Source: Octopus sinensis (lineage: Eukaryota). Taken from it: a stretch of DNA of 64,000 bases. Shown one piece after another: positions 1 through 12,874 of this stretch. Both the position numbers and the translations under genes were made by a program. The stretch spans positions 9,610,001 through 9,674,000 of the forward strand of contig NC_043012.1 of the NCBI RefSeq assembly GCF_006345805.1, written 5' to 3'. The notes beneath the pieces are model-generated. The model saw nothing but the letters and a program-made list of their open reading frames with translations. It did not search any database and was not told the DNA's origin. Within the stretch, counting starts at the first letter, position 1, and every line of letters begins with the position of its first letter.

Positions 1-118
1 CTATCTATCTATCTATCTATCTATAAATATATATATATATAAATACCTATCAATCTATCTACTCTCTGTGTGCCTCTCTATCTGTGTGCATGTCCGTCTG
101 TCTATCTATCTTTCGATC

Positions 119-188
<70 letters not shown>

Positions 189-189
189 G

Positions 190-269
<80 letters not shown>

Positions 270-270
270 G
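1..270. repeat. (CTAT)n microsatellite
   Basis: Long near-perfect CTAT run with a short TA interruption. Confidence 0.95.
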
Positions 271-435
271 TCTGTACGTATGTAAGTATGCATGTATGTA
301 TCTTTGTATGTATAAATACTGAAACTGTCAAGCATAAATGTACGAATATGGACATCCATCAAAGCTGAATACTTAATTGAAAATATATTTCTACTAACAA
401 GTATTATGCATGGGGGTGCATGTATTCATATGCAT

Positions 436-944
436 AGTGGCTGTGTGGTAAGTAGCTTGCTTACGAACCACATGGTTTCGGGTTCAGTCTCACTGCGCGT
501 CACCTTCAGCAAATGTCTTCAACTATAGCCTCGGGCGGACCAAAGCCTTGTGAGTGTGGACTCGTTGACGGAAACTGAAAGAAGCCCGTCGTATATATGT
601 ATATATATATATATATTATATATATATATATATACATATATATATGTGTGTGTGTTGTGTGGTGTGTGTGTTTGTGTTGTATGTGCATGTGTTGTGTGTG
701 ATGTGTGTGTGTGTGGTATGTGATGGTGTGTCTGTGCTTCTCTCCCAACATTGCTTGACAACCGATGCTGGTGTGTTTACGTTTCCGTAACTTAGCGGTT
801 CGACAAAAGGGACCGATAGAATAAGTACTAGGCTTACAAAGAATAAATCCTGGGGTCGATTTGCTCGACTAAAGGCGGTGCTCCGGCATGGCCCAGTCAA
901 ATGACTGAAACAAGTAAAAGAGAAACGAGAAAAGAGTAAAGAGT
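436..944 (+). mobile_element. tRNA-derived SINE, family A (full length, internal TA/TG microsatellite)
   Basis: Head AGTGGCTGTGTGGTAAGTAGC with B-box-like GGTTCAGTC; body GGAAACTGAAAGAAGCCCGTCG; internal (TA)(TG) run; tail GGCGGTGCTCC...ATGACTGAAACAAGTAAAAGAG. The same layout recurs many times in the window. Confidence 0.9.
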
Positions 945-946
945 AT

Positions 947-1014
<68 letters not shown>

Positions 1015-1549
1015 ACAGCCCTCCATTTATCTAACCGACTGTTTGTATGTATGTAAGTATGCATGTATGCACGGATTCGCTCCGCTACCTTCATACATAT
1101 ACGTGAGTATATAGACATCCATCAAAATGAATGCTTAATAGAAAATATGTTTCTACTGACGGGTTAGAGACATGTTTCAGACACGCGCAGACAAACTGTT
1201 CATAAATATATGTATACATGCGCGTTTCAGTGTGTATGTGTGTGTGTGTGCGGTGGGTGTCTTTTTCTGTATGAAACTGTATAAACTCGTGTGCGCGTGT
1301 GTGATGCCTAATACAAAAAGTGGCCTACGCTTCCATGGTTGAGCTCGAAGTTGTGTAGGAGTTTAATGCGAATAACCAATGGACAATGTTGTTGAGTGAT
1401 GCAGAGATAATGGAATTGTTTATTTGAGCAGTAACATTACGTATACAATTACCCAGTGTGCAATAAAACTCAAACACATGCTTGTTGTAAACGTAAACGC
1501 TCATGATCATCATCAGCCACCCTCATAGAGCACCTCACATACATTCATA

Positions 1550-1735
1550 TCTATGTATATATGATATATATATAATATATATATATATTATATATGTATA
1601 TATGTATAATATATATATGTATATTATATATATATATATATACACATCTATATATAATATATATATATGTATATATACATTATATATACATATATATATA
1701 TATATATGTATATGTATATGTATATATATATGTAC

Positions 1736-1784
<49 letters not shown>

Positions 1785-1866
1785 GTATATCTTATATATA
1801 TATATGCATATGTATATACATACATTTATATATATATATATGCATGTATATATATATATATATATG

Positions 1867-1911
<45 letters not shown>

Positions 1912-1950
1912 GGTATATATATATACCATCTAATATATATATAATATATT
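1550..1950. repeat. degenerate (TA)n tract
   Basis: About 400 bp of TA with TG/CA interruptions. Confidence 0.95.
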
Positions 1951-2189
1951 ACTATTCCGATTCGTGTTCGGAAATGTATTATTGTTGCAACTACTTTACT
2001 GATGCAGCATTATCTTCATCATCATCATCATCATCATCAACGTCGTCATCATCGTCGTCGTCGTCTTCATCATCATATGCATCACCATCGTGAATTTCAT
2101 CGTGGTCGTTGGTGACTGTATGTATAAAAGAAAACTCTCTCCTGAACTATATGCACACATAACGCCGCTTTCTATGGCAAATATATACC

Positions 2190-2325
2190 CCTCTGGATGG
2201 GGGTGCTTTTCAATCGCAAGATTACTGAGTGGACTGGATCAATGTGAAATGAAGTCTTTTCCTCAAGTACCCAATCATCACCTGGTCAAGGGATCGAAAC
2301 CACAAGGTTACGATTAGGATTCCAA
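2190..2325 (-). mobile_element. SINE fragment with tRNA head and CORE-like domain
   Basis: Reverse strand gives GGTTTCGATCCCTTGACCAGG followed by a CORE-like TTTCACATTGATCCAGTCCACTCAGT, similar to 38860-38910. Confidence 0.45.
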
Positions 2326-2419
2326 CAGTCTAAATACTAAATCATGCAGTTCCATCGTAAGTGTATATATAACAAAGAATGTAATTTATTTGACAAGCAT
2401 TTATTACGAATTTGATTTA

Positions 2420-2625
2420 TTTTAATAGTAATTAAATTGGAGGAGGAAACGGAGAGTGAAACACAACTGCAAGTGACAGGCACACTTTACTTTTGGTAAC
2501 ATTCCTTAAGGGCACTTTCCCAGCCTTATTCTGCCCTAAACGCCCCGCGCGGTCAAGAAATCGAAACCAAAATGTTACGCTCATGCGACCAACATGCTGA
2601 CCACTAAGCCATGCCGCTTCACCAT
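2420..2625 (-). mobile_element. SINE-like element: tRNA head plus unclassified body
   Basis: Reverse strand has GGCATGGCTTAGTGGTCAGC...GGTTTCGATTTC (A/B boxes); the body is homologous to 3680-3820. Confidence 0.5.
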
Positions 2626-2872
2626 GTGTGTATATATAACAAAGATTGTAACTGTATGAGATGAATCTATAAGAGATGAAATCAGCCACTATACGGAGAC
2701 CGCAATGAGGACACCTCCTCCAGCTGGTTATTCGAGGCAAGCTGCACACGGTATATATTGCAATTAGCAGAGTGAACCTCAACCATCTACCAGCCATGAT
2801 ACCACCAAGCCGTACGGTTTGGAGGTCTTTGTGACCATCCTCGTTGATGGATAATTGTCCACTAGATATAGG

Positions 2873-3400
2873 TTTCTTTATTAGCCACAAGGGCTCGATA
2901 GAGATGGGGACAAACAAGGACAGACAGGACACTACAGAGGGGACAATACATAGAACGAATATTATTAAGATGATTATATAACAATGGGGTTATGAAAGAC
3001 TGCATGGGCCCCTCATCATAAGCATTACCATTAATCTTTTTAAACTGTCCGTTTTTATCATAACAATTAATTATCGTATACCATTACAATTATTTGAACC
3101 ATTATATACGTTCTCTAAAATTGTTCTATTTTTCAATATTTTAAAACATATCATAAAACACTTACTCTTTTTTTCCCCTTTTTTTCCTCCTTTTTCTTAT
3201 CTCTTATCTTTTTTCCTGTCAATATAACATACTTATTTACTTTTTAGTAATATTTCATTAGTGGTTCAATTTCTACTAAATCCACTACTGATGGAAATTC
3301 GTTGAATTCCACCCTTATTCCCGGTGGATCAATATTATCTCCACACATTTCTTTCAGTCTCTTGTAATTTTGTTGTCCACTAAACAAAGCAGTAGATCAC
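2873..3400 (-). mobile_element. 3' portion of an ORF1-only (HAL1/Tx1-like) element
   Basis: Decayed frame YKRLKEMCGDNIDPPGIRVEF, then a UTR ending GAGCCCTTGTGGCTAATAAAGAAA, the same tail as 21767-21794. Confidence 0.4.
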
Positions 3401-3474
3401 TACAGCACGCAATATATAGAAACTAAGTGACACCAAATCACCGATCTTGCAACAAGCAAATTAGCTAATTAGAA

Positions 3475-3820
3475 AATCTCCATAAGAGATGAAAGCAGTA
3501 ATATACTGAGAAGTAATGTTTATAGCCACTTAGATATGGCTGTTCTGTGAGAACCGACATTGCTACCATTTTAATCCAAGGAGGACACCTCTACAGCTGG
3601 TTATTCAATGCAATCTGAACATGATATACATTGCAAACAGGGGAGTGAACTCCTGCCAACTTCCACCACTAATCGATCTATTTTAATTGTAATTACATTG
3701 GAGAAGAAAATGAAGCGTGAACAACAATTGCAATTGACAATCAGCCCTTAGTTCTGGTAGCAATCCCCGGGGACCTCTTCCTAGCCTCACTCCCCATTAA
3801 ACGCGCCTCTTGCAATGTTT
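3475..3820 (-). repeat. unclassified interspersed repeat, second copy of blocks at 2420-2560 and 2660-2810
   Basis: Shared strings ATAAGAGATGAAA, GAGGACACCTC...CAGCTGGTTATTC and GTAATTA.ATTGGAG.AG.AAA. Confidence 0.55.
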
Positions 3821-3974
3821 AATCAATTAAGATTTTAATGTTACTTAGTTTCTTTCCTTGATAACAATTAAACAATAAAACTAATGAGGTTTCACTTTAT
3901 TTTGGACTGTACTCAGTACTACCCTAAATGTGCCACTCACTGGGTTGTAGTTGTGATAACTTACCTTTGTGCTT

Positions 3975-4497
3975 TTTATTTGTTTCAGTCATTGGACGAC
4001 GGCCATACTGGGGCACTTCCTTGAAGACCTTTTGCCGAACGAAGCGATCCCAGTACATATTTTTTAAACCCTGATCCTTATCCTATCGGTTTCTTTCACC
4101 AATTTGCTAAATTGCGGGGACATAAGCAAAACAACACCGGTTATCGAGCGGTGGTGGCGGACAAACAGGAACACAATGATACACAAATCGATACCCATAC
4201 ATACATAAATGTATGCATGTATACATACATACACACATACATACATACATACACAAATACACACACACATATATGCATACATATATACATACACAATTAC
4301 ATACGCATGCATGCATACATGTATACAGGTATGTATGTATATGCATGTATACAAGGGACATCTTTCAGTTTCTATCATATTCCTCCTCAAGGGATTGCTC
4401 AACCTGTGGCTAGAGTAGAAAGACACTTGCCCGAAGATGCCACGAAGTGGAACTGAACCCGAAATCATGTGGTTAGGAAACAAACTTCTTACCACGG
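3975..4497 (-). mobile_element. SINE family A
   Basis: Reverse complement of the 436-944 layout with an internal (CA/TA) run. Confidence 0.85.
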
Positions 4498-4741
4498 AAG
4501 TACGTCAGTTGGCAGCCCTCAGTCGCCGCCGAAGGCACTCAATTTCTAATTATAAGCTTAGTTTTGTGTAAGTTTAGTTAGAAGAGAAGACATCACAAGT
4601 GACCCTTTAAAGGCCCTCAGAAGTTGAAGAGATACGAAGTGACGGAGGAAAGTATCTTTCACCTGGAAGCCTGTTGCAAATGCTTACAACATTCGCTAAA
4701 GTAGCTGGGGACAGACACTGTTAATATCGAGTGGAGAATAA

Positions 4742-5135
4742 GGCGGCGAGCTGGCAGAAACGTTAGCACTCCGGGCGAAATGCGTAGCCGTTTTTCGTCT
4801 GCCGTTACGTTCTGAGTTCAAATTCCGCCGAGGTCGACTTTGCCTTTCATTCTTTCGGGGTTGATTAAATAAGTACCGCTTACGCACTGAGGTCGGTATA
4901 ATCGACTTAATCCGATTGCCTGTCCCTGTTTGTCCTCTCTGTGTTTAGCCCCTTGTGGGTAGTAAAGAAATGGGTATTTCGTCTGTCTTTACGTCCTGAG
5001 TTCAAATTCCGTCGAGGTCGACTTTGCCTTTCATCCTTTCGAGGCCAATAAATTAAGCACCAGTTGTGTACTGGAGTCGATGTAATCAACAGGCCCCCTC
5101 CCCCCAAATTTCGGGCCTTGCGCCTAGAAGAGAAC
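4742..5135 (+). mobile_element. tRNA-derived SINE, family B, dimeric copy
   Basis: Head GGCGGCGAGCTGGCAGAAACGTTAGC, then GAGTTCAAATTCCGCCGAGGTCGACTTTGCCTTTCATCCTTTCGGGG. The unit restarts at GGTATTTCG after the long tail. Confidence 0.9.
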
Positions 5136-5295
5136 AGAATATCGAGTGAGGAATTAAAAGCACCAACCAATCCGGCGTCGTGGGATTTGAACTTAGTATA
5201 CGAAAATCCAAGGCAAGCGCCACAGGATATTCGCTCCGATGTTGTTAAAACTCCAATAATCCTTGGATCCGCATTTGTTTACAACTCCAAAATGA

Positions 5296-5406
5296 TAAAA
5301 GTCAAAATCGACCTCGGTAGAATTTGAACTCAGAATGTAAAGACGGACGAGATGCCGCTGAGGATTTTGTCCGGCGTCCGAACGATTCTGTCAGCTTGCC
5401 GCCTTA
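5296..5406 (-). mobile_element. SINE family B, 5' fragment
   Basis: Reverse complement of the family B head through GAGGTCGATTTTGAC. Confidence 0.75.
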
Positions 5407-6114
5407 AATAGTCTTATAATTTATAATGATGTTCTTAACGTTTAGATATTTATGCATGAATCATAATACTCGTATGGCTTACACTTAGATGGGAGTTTGT
5501 GTGTGCTTTCTCACTTGGACGAGTGTTCATTATTAAAAGGAAGCAACATGAGAATTACGAAGTGTGAATGTGAATGATTGTTGGGACCAAAGGGAAACAG
5601 TACACGAGGTATTGTGAATAGATTATTGTATCGTTAAACGTGAATTCTATACCGGTTCATATGTATTCTTAACTGATGTAAGACGAATGCTGATGCTCAA
5701 CGACACAAGGTAATTCTTCAAATGTAATAAGATAAATTGACATAAGATTATATGATGTATGATAAACATTTAAATGAGTGTTTAATAGATTTATCGTTTT
5801 AACTGCTATATGTATATATGTGTGTGAGTGTGTGTGTGGGTTGGTGGGAGCCTTTGTGTGTATGTGTGTGAGTGATTAGCTGCAGATAATGTTTCATTGA
5901 TATATGATATCTATTTAATATACAACGAAAGATGACATATGATATGACCTTAAATGATATTTAGTAAACGTTTAATTAATATTTCATATACACTTAAGAG
6001 AAATACGATAATTGTTTAGTTGATAGATGCTACACAGTCGAAAATGTATACTATCCACCTTACATACACAATGTGCGTTTTGTTTATTCGCCGAATTCGT
6101 TGTGAGATAGATTT

Positions 6115-7030
6115 TGGGAAGATTCCCTAATAACGCTGGGTGTTAAAACAGCTGAAAGTCAAAGATGAGGTGAAACAGCACGCCTTGGATCGAACCAAGA
6201 GTGGTAGATACTGATATTTCGCCATCAGTGGTATTTCACAAGAAATCAGCTTTGTCAAACAAAATGAAAATTAACATACTGTTAGCGGACTTAGAATAAT
6301 GAGCAATGTGTCCCCACTATGCGAACCCTATGTAACGTAAAAACATATACAGAACTTCATGCACCGCATGCAGTTCTCTGGATATTATCAGAAAGATAGC
6401 GTTCGAGTATACGGAGTGGGGTAGAAAGAACTTAGACATTATACGTAATGATACCAGTGGTACCTGCCCTAGATATAGAAACAAAGAATGGAATAGAACA
6501 CAAAGAACTTGTAACAAAGCAAACAGTGCGAACATGTGGTATAAAACCGACAAATATCAAGGAGTGATGTTTGTGGAGGCTATGGAGAGCTAGCCCGTAG
6601 ATCTAGAAAATCTCTGAAGGAGACCAAGCTCAACATTAAGATTGTTGAAAAGCCAGGGAACTCCGTCAGATCACAACTATGTGGGACATACCCCTTTGAG
6701 AATACCATATGCACCAATGATAACAGCATGGTATGTAAGATTAACACTGGCATTAACTATAGATCTCGACATGTAGCTTACAGCATAAACTGCATAGAAA
6801 GTGCTTGTAAAGACATGAACAGGCCATACATAGGGGCGACATCTAGGAGCATTGCGGAACGATGACTACATGAACATCTGAGACAATATGACGATAAAAA
6901 CAGTCCTCAATTCTCTACCAACATACCAAAGACCACCATGGAGGCAACTTGTGTCAACTTGACATCCGCATCTTATCCAAGCACCCAAAAGACCCAACAC
7001 CCAGACAAATACGGGAGTACCTCCTTATAA
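6115..7030 (+). mobile_element. Penelope-like retroelement remnant (RT thumb, linker, GIY-YIG endonuclease)
   Basis: Broken frames give KKSALSNKMKINILL, FMHRMQFSGY, PRYRNKEWNR...WYKTDKYQGVMFVEA and VAYSINC...PYIGATSRSIAER.LHEH, typical PLE motifs. Many stops and frameshifts. Confidence 0.85.
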
Positions 7031-7074
7031 ATAAAACTGAAAGAAGCCCGTTGTATATATATATATATATATAG

Positions 7075-7126
<52 letters not shown>

Positions 7127-7162
7127 TGTGTGTCTGTGTGTGTCTATGTGTGTTTGTATATA

Positions 7163-7201
<39 letters not shown>

Positions 7202-8077
7202 AACGCGGAATGTTTTAAATTAATCTTACATGAAATTCGTCGAATATTTCAGAAAGTAAGAAAAGGTAAAGAAATGTTTATGAGAAATCAATAGATTTCA
7301 GGTGCTGCAGTCTTCTCACTTTGTTCTGCCAATACCGTAATTTCTGAAGAATTCCAGAATGCCTTTTCCTTAAAATCCAAATTCTAAATAGCAGCGGACC
7401 AGCAAATTATCTTACCTACACAACGAATAATGCAAGCATACAAAATGCTAAGAAACTTATTCAACGGGGCTGACAGAGAAAAGAAAAAACACGGCGTGAG
7501 CTTGTTTTATATTTCTCACCACATTAACTATACAAAATATAGCGAGCAGATATGAAGTTAAAGAGAAACAAAATACAAAATATATATTATCTGTTAATAC
7601 ACTTCATGGCGTGTTACGCAGTAGGCTGAAGAATGAACTAAAATAATATAATGAATTTTACAACACTAAAATGTACGCATTATCTCCCAAACAGTCGGAA
7701 AGAAAAAAAAACAGCATGCGAATAAAAACAAGTAAAAATGGAAAGACAAACAACGATTGTTCAAATGTTACGAGATAAAATTTAACGAAAACAATGTTTT
7801 CGATAATAACTTGCGTGAAACGAACAGATGATAATATAAGAAGTAAGGAGACACTGATGTAAGAATTTGTAAAGAAGAATTATAAATGGAGTCAGGATAT
7901 TTTAATGCTTCAATTAGTGAAGATGGACTGAAAAACAGGAAGGATATCTCTTGACTCAATACTGACTAAAATGTAGGAAATGTTTCTTGCAAATATTATA
8001 GATGTTAATGTACAACAAAAAGTTTATGATTCCTTTATGACATTTTAAAATTATAGTTTATTTATTCGGATATTTCT

Positions 8078-8120
8078 GTGTCTATCGGTTTCTTTTGCCG
8101 AACCGCTAATTAATGTATAT

Positions 8121-8182
<62 letters not shown>

Positions 8183-8341
8183 GACAGGCTTCTTTTAGTT
8201 TCCGCCTACCAAATCCACTCACAAGGCTTTGGTCGGCCCGAGGCTATAGTAGAAGACTCTTGCCCAAGATGCCACGCAGTGAGACTGAACCCGGAACCAT
8301 ATGGTTGGTTAGCAAGCTACTTACCACACAGACACTCCTGA
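8078..8341 (-). mobile_element. SINE family A, 3'-truncated
   Basis: TCCACTCACAAGGCTTTGGTCGGCCCGAGGCTATAGTAGAAGAC...CTTACCACACAG. Confidence 0.85.
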
Positions 8342-8354
8342 TATATATATCTTT

Positions 8355-8560
8355 TCCTTTGCTTGCTTCAGTATGTTGATGACGGACATGCTTTGATGCT
8401 GCCTTGAAGAGATTTTTGTCAATTGAATTCCCCATAAGTACTTACAATGTTGAAACTTAGTACTTATTATATCGGTAAATTTTGAGGTGCTTACTAAGTT
8501 ACGGGGACGTAAGCACACCAGATTATGTTGGAGGACAACACCGACAAACAAAAACACACA

Positions 8561-8602
<42 letters not shown>

Positions 8603-8697
8603 ACACACACATACTCACAAACACAATCTCTGACACTCACACACACATGTACATATCTATCTATCTATCGATCTACCTACTTATCTATCTATCTATC

Positions 8698-8761
<64 letters not shown>

Positions 8762-8943
8762 CTATATCTATCCTATATATATATATATATATATATACGT
8801 TGGTCTTCTTTGACTCCGTCTATGAAATCCACTTCCAATGCTTTCGTCGGCCCGAGGCTACAGTAGAAGATTTTTGCTCAAAGAGCCACACACTGGGACT
8901 GTACCTGGAACCATGTGGTAGGAAAGCAAACTTGTTACCGTGC
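8355..8943 (-). mobile_element. SINE family A, older copy with expanded internal CA/CTAT/TA run
   Basis: Both halves are recognisable around a 230-bp compound microsatellite. Confidence 0.75.
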
Positions 8944-9612
8944 AGGCTTTAACGTAACGTATGTTATTGGAGACATTAACGTAATAAAACCTGCTAAAAC
9001 TCAGCTCAAGCATTAGCAGTGCTTTATTGTAAAGCGAAAACGAACGGCATGTGTTAGTGGTGATGCTGATGGTGGTGGTGATGGTGGCGGTGGTGCATTG
9101 GTTTGTAGTGGTGATGTTGATGGTGGTAGTAATTGGTGGTGGTGAGAAATTCGAGAATTTAAGAATAACTAAAAAAAGAAAGAGGAGGACAAAATGCGGT
9201 TGTTTGTGACAAATTCTGTGTTTTTTTTTTTATTGTAAATTATGAAATCAGAATCTATAAATGTGTTTAAATTGTAATAAAATCCCATTAAAATATGTTA
9301 AATATGCATGAAATCATCTGCTGTTCCTAATTGAATTATTCAATGGAATATACTTTGGCATGAAGAGACATAGAATTAAATTGTAAACAAAATATATTAA
9401 CAATGGAAACATCTCTCTCTCTCTCCGTCTCTTTGTGTATGGGCGTGGGTATCTCTGCGTTAATGTATGTGTTATACATAGACACATAGTATAAATACCT
9501 GTATCTATCATGTTGATATACACACAGACATTTATATGTATATAATTGTGTATATAAATATATAGGAATATATACATATACACATATATACATACATACA
9601 TATATATGTATC

Positions 9613-9691
<79 letters not shown>

Positions 9692-10071
9692 GGCGGTGCT
9701 CCAATTTGGCCACAGCTCTGAGCTGAAACTACAGAGTATATATATATATATATAATATATTACAAAGTAAAGTTGTAAGATAACGCACGAGTGGAAATAT
9801 ATATGAAAGAATGTTTGAAAATGCAATTTTGAAGATGTTTATTCACTTGACTGGTTTCCCTTTTTTAGAAAAGATAGTCAAATGAAAAATGTAAAGCTTC
9901 GTATAAGCTTTATTGTGTTAAGTATTGGTTGTCACAAAGTATTAAAATACAAAATACATATATACATTCTTTGATAACAATAAGAACATGTTAAAAACAG
10001 TTTACAAGAAAGTATTTACGAAAATATTCAACAAAAAAGTATTAGGAGTTTAATATAAATCATGGTTAAAA

Positions 10072-10104
<33 letters not shown>

Positions 10105-10359
10105 AAGATATATTTAAGAATTTACAAAAACTGGAGAGAAACCAAACCGTCCTTTTGGCATTCTTCCTGTTTGTGTGTAGCTAAGGAATGTTTGCTATAT
10201 TAAGGGACAGTGTGGAAGGTAGGTTTGAGTGGGGAGAAGGAGAAGCAATGTGGAATTAAAAGGATTTGTTTGTTTCTGGGCTAGTTTGCCATGGTTCAGT
10301 TGTTTTGGGGGACTGGTCTTAGAGGTCAGAATGGGGTGAGTGTGCGTCTCTGTGCACGT

Positions 10360-11570
10360 CTCTATGTGTGTGTGTGTATATACGTGTTTGTGTGTATGTA
10401 TGGGGGGCATATTTAATTGGTCCCAGAGTTTATTGTGGGGTGTGTATATGGGTCTATGTGTATTTAATATTTGTGGTGTGTGAGGATCCGTATGTGTGTG
10501 TGGGAGGTGCATATGTATGTGTGCGCCTGTGTGTGTCTGCGTGTGAATGTTTGTGTGTTTTGTGTTGGTGGAGACGTTATGTGGGTGTGCGTGAGTGTGT
10601 GTATACGTCAACGCATGTGTGTGTGTGTTTGTCTGAGTATGTTTGTGTTGTTTTGTCCTTGTGGTATGTGTGTGAGTACAACCGTATGTGTGTGTGACGG
10701 TGCATATGTATGTGGGCGTGGGTATTTATGGGTGTGTATGTGTGGGTCTGCATGTGTTTGTGAATGTGTTGTATTTATCAGGTCTTCAGTGTGTGTCCGT
10801 GTGTGTTGGGTTTATCCGGGTGGTGTGTATGTGTGTGAATGTGCGTTTTGTGTATGTTGGTACTGAGTATGCGTTTGTGTGTGTGTATATATGTGGGTAT
10901 GGTTTATGTAGTTTCCGGGAGTGTGTGTGTTCTGTATTTGTGAGTGATTTGTTTTGCTTGTATTGTTAGTGCAGAGTGTGTGTATACGCGTGGGTGTGTT
11001 TGTGTGAGTGTGTCTATGTGTCTTGTATTTGTCGGAGAGGTGTGTGTCATTGTGTGTGTGTGTGTGCATGCTTGTGTGAATGTGTGTTTGTGAGTGTTTG
11101 TAGTGATTGTAAGGATTGTATTGTGTGTATATGTGAGTTCTTTTTTTTTTGAGTGTGTGTGTCATTTTTGCTGGGGAACGGACTTATTGTGTTTGTGTGT
11201 GTGCATATATGCATGTGTGTTTGTGTGAGTTATGTTGTATTTGCGTGTTTGTCTGTGTATGTGTGGTGTGTTTGTGTGAATGTGATTTGTAATTGTCGGG
11301 GGTCATATGTGTAGGTGTGTTCATGTACGTGTTTACGTATGTGTGTGAGTGTTGGTTATGGTTGCTAGAATCATATTGCAAATGTATATATGTATATTTT
11401 TTCTCGAAATGTGTGTGGGTTCGTGTTCTAGTGTGGAGATATTTGTTTGTGTGTGTGTGTATATATGTATGTGTGTGCATTTACGTCGGGGGTTTGCATT
11501 GATTTTATGTCTGTGTGATTTTGTACATCTGTATGTGTTTCTGTGTGTGTTTGTTTCGGGTGTGTACCGG
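10360..11570. repeat. degenerate GT-rich low-complexity tract
   Basis: 1.2 kb of imperfect (GT)n directly 3' of the PLE endonuclease remnant. Confidence 0.9.
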
Positions 11571-11574
11571 GGGG

Positions 11575-11991
11575 TATGTTAGAGTATGATGAGTTGTGGT
11601 CTGTATTTTTGAATACGATTATTTTCCTATTTATTCGTGTTTGGTCAGTGGTATTGTCCGGGCATTGTTATAGTGGGAAAAATAGGAATTTGAGGGACTT
11701 GATTTTTGCCCAGAGATATATGTGCTCACTAACTGGTATCTGTCTTGTGGTGAGATCCCCCATTTGTTGGCGGTGGATTGTCATCCTTTCTCTGGGGGTA
11801 ACCCTCGTTTGCCCTATGTAATCTTTGTGGCACCCTTCACACCTTATGACATAAAATAAATTCTTTGATGCGCAGATGAAGTTATTTTTTATGACAAAAG
11901 TGGGTCCCGACTGGAATTTGTATGTTGTTCCTTCAATGAGGTGGATGCAAGTCCTGCAGTTGGAACGACCACACTTTTTGACGGTGGACGG

Positions 11992-11994
<3 letters not shown>
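11575..11994 (-). mobile_element. Penelope-like GIY-YIG endonuclease remnant
   Basis: Frame [18 protein letters not shown]...NFICASKNLFYVIRCEGCHKDYIGQTRVTPRERMTIHRQQ...PVSEHI shows the CxxxxCxxC linker plus the YVI-x-C-xx-C...YIGQT motif. Confidence 0.92.
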
Positions 11995-12063
<69 letters not shown>

Positions 12064-12115
12064 CTCTATCTATCCATCCATCCATCCATCCATCCATCCA
12101 TCCATCCATCCATCC

Positions 12116-12163
<48 letters not shown>

Positions 12164-12177
12164 CTATCTATCTATCT
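11993..12177. repeat. (CTAT)n/(CCAT)n compound microsatellite
   Basis: Direct reading; it truncates the PLE remnant. Confidence 0.95.
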
Positions 12178-12839
12178 GGGTCTATCGCGCTCTTTCTTTC
12201 CTTCTCTCTCTTCTATCTGAAAATAGTCAAAGAAATTAGATACAAAGAAAACAGATCAATGAATAATTTAACACTTTAGCGCTTAAATGAAAGGAAACAT
12301 GTGTCTTTGACGTGAAACTCATTCGTTCTTCCTCGGGAAGATATATCGACTAGGGAGAAACACACTAAATCACACACGCATACATTTTATTGATAAATTA
12401 GTGAGGAAACCGCAAAAAGCATTTTTCGCTTCGGGTATGAAAGTCGGATAAAGTGATGCCTCATTGGGTGGTGTGGGTGCCGTTGTAGTTTTCTGTATAG
12501 AAGTGCATATAAACCTACTATGATTGATTTTAGGGAAAGCTGTAGGTGTTCCTGTATACATAGTGGCTGTATATGTATCTTTGCTGCGACGGTGTAAAGG
12601 AAGAATATGACCAATGAGAACAATATATGTGTGCGCGTGTAGTTCTGGTATGTTGCACGTGAGTGAATGTATGGATAAATGTTTGTAAAAGTGGGTGAAA
12701 CCTTGTTAATGTGTATATGCGTTTTAGTGTTCCTGCTTGCATAATTTTAATTCTACACTTTTTATGATTGATATTTAATTCAGGTTTTCTTATTTTTAAC
12801 AGCTAATACCATCACTTCTCTCTGTCTTCTCTCTCTCCG

Positions 12840-12874
<35 letters not shown>

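Noticed and set aside
1503-2093. YI-, HT-, VC- and LSIY-rich ORFs here and throughout the track
   Set aside because: Di- and tetranucleotide repeats lack stop codons in several frames.
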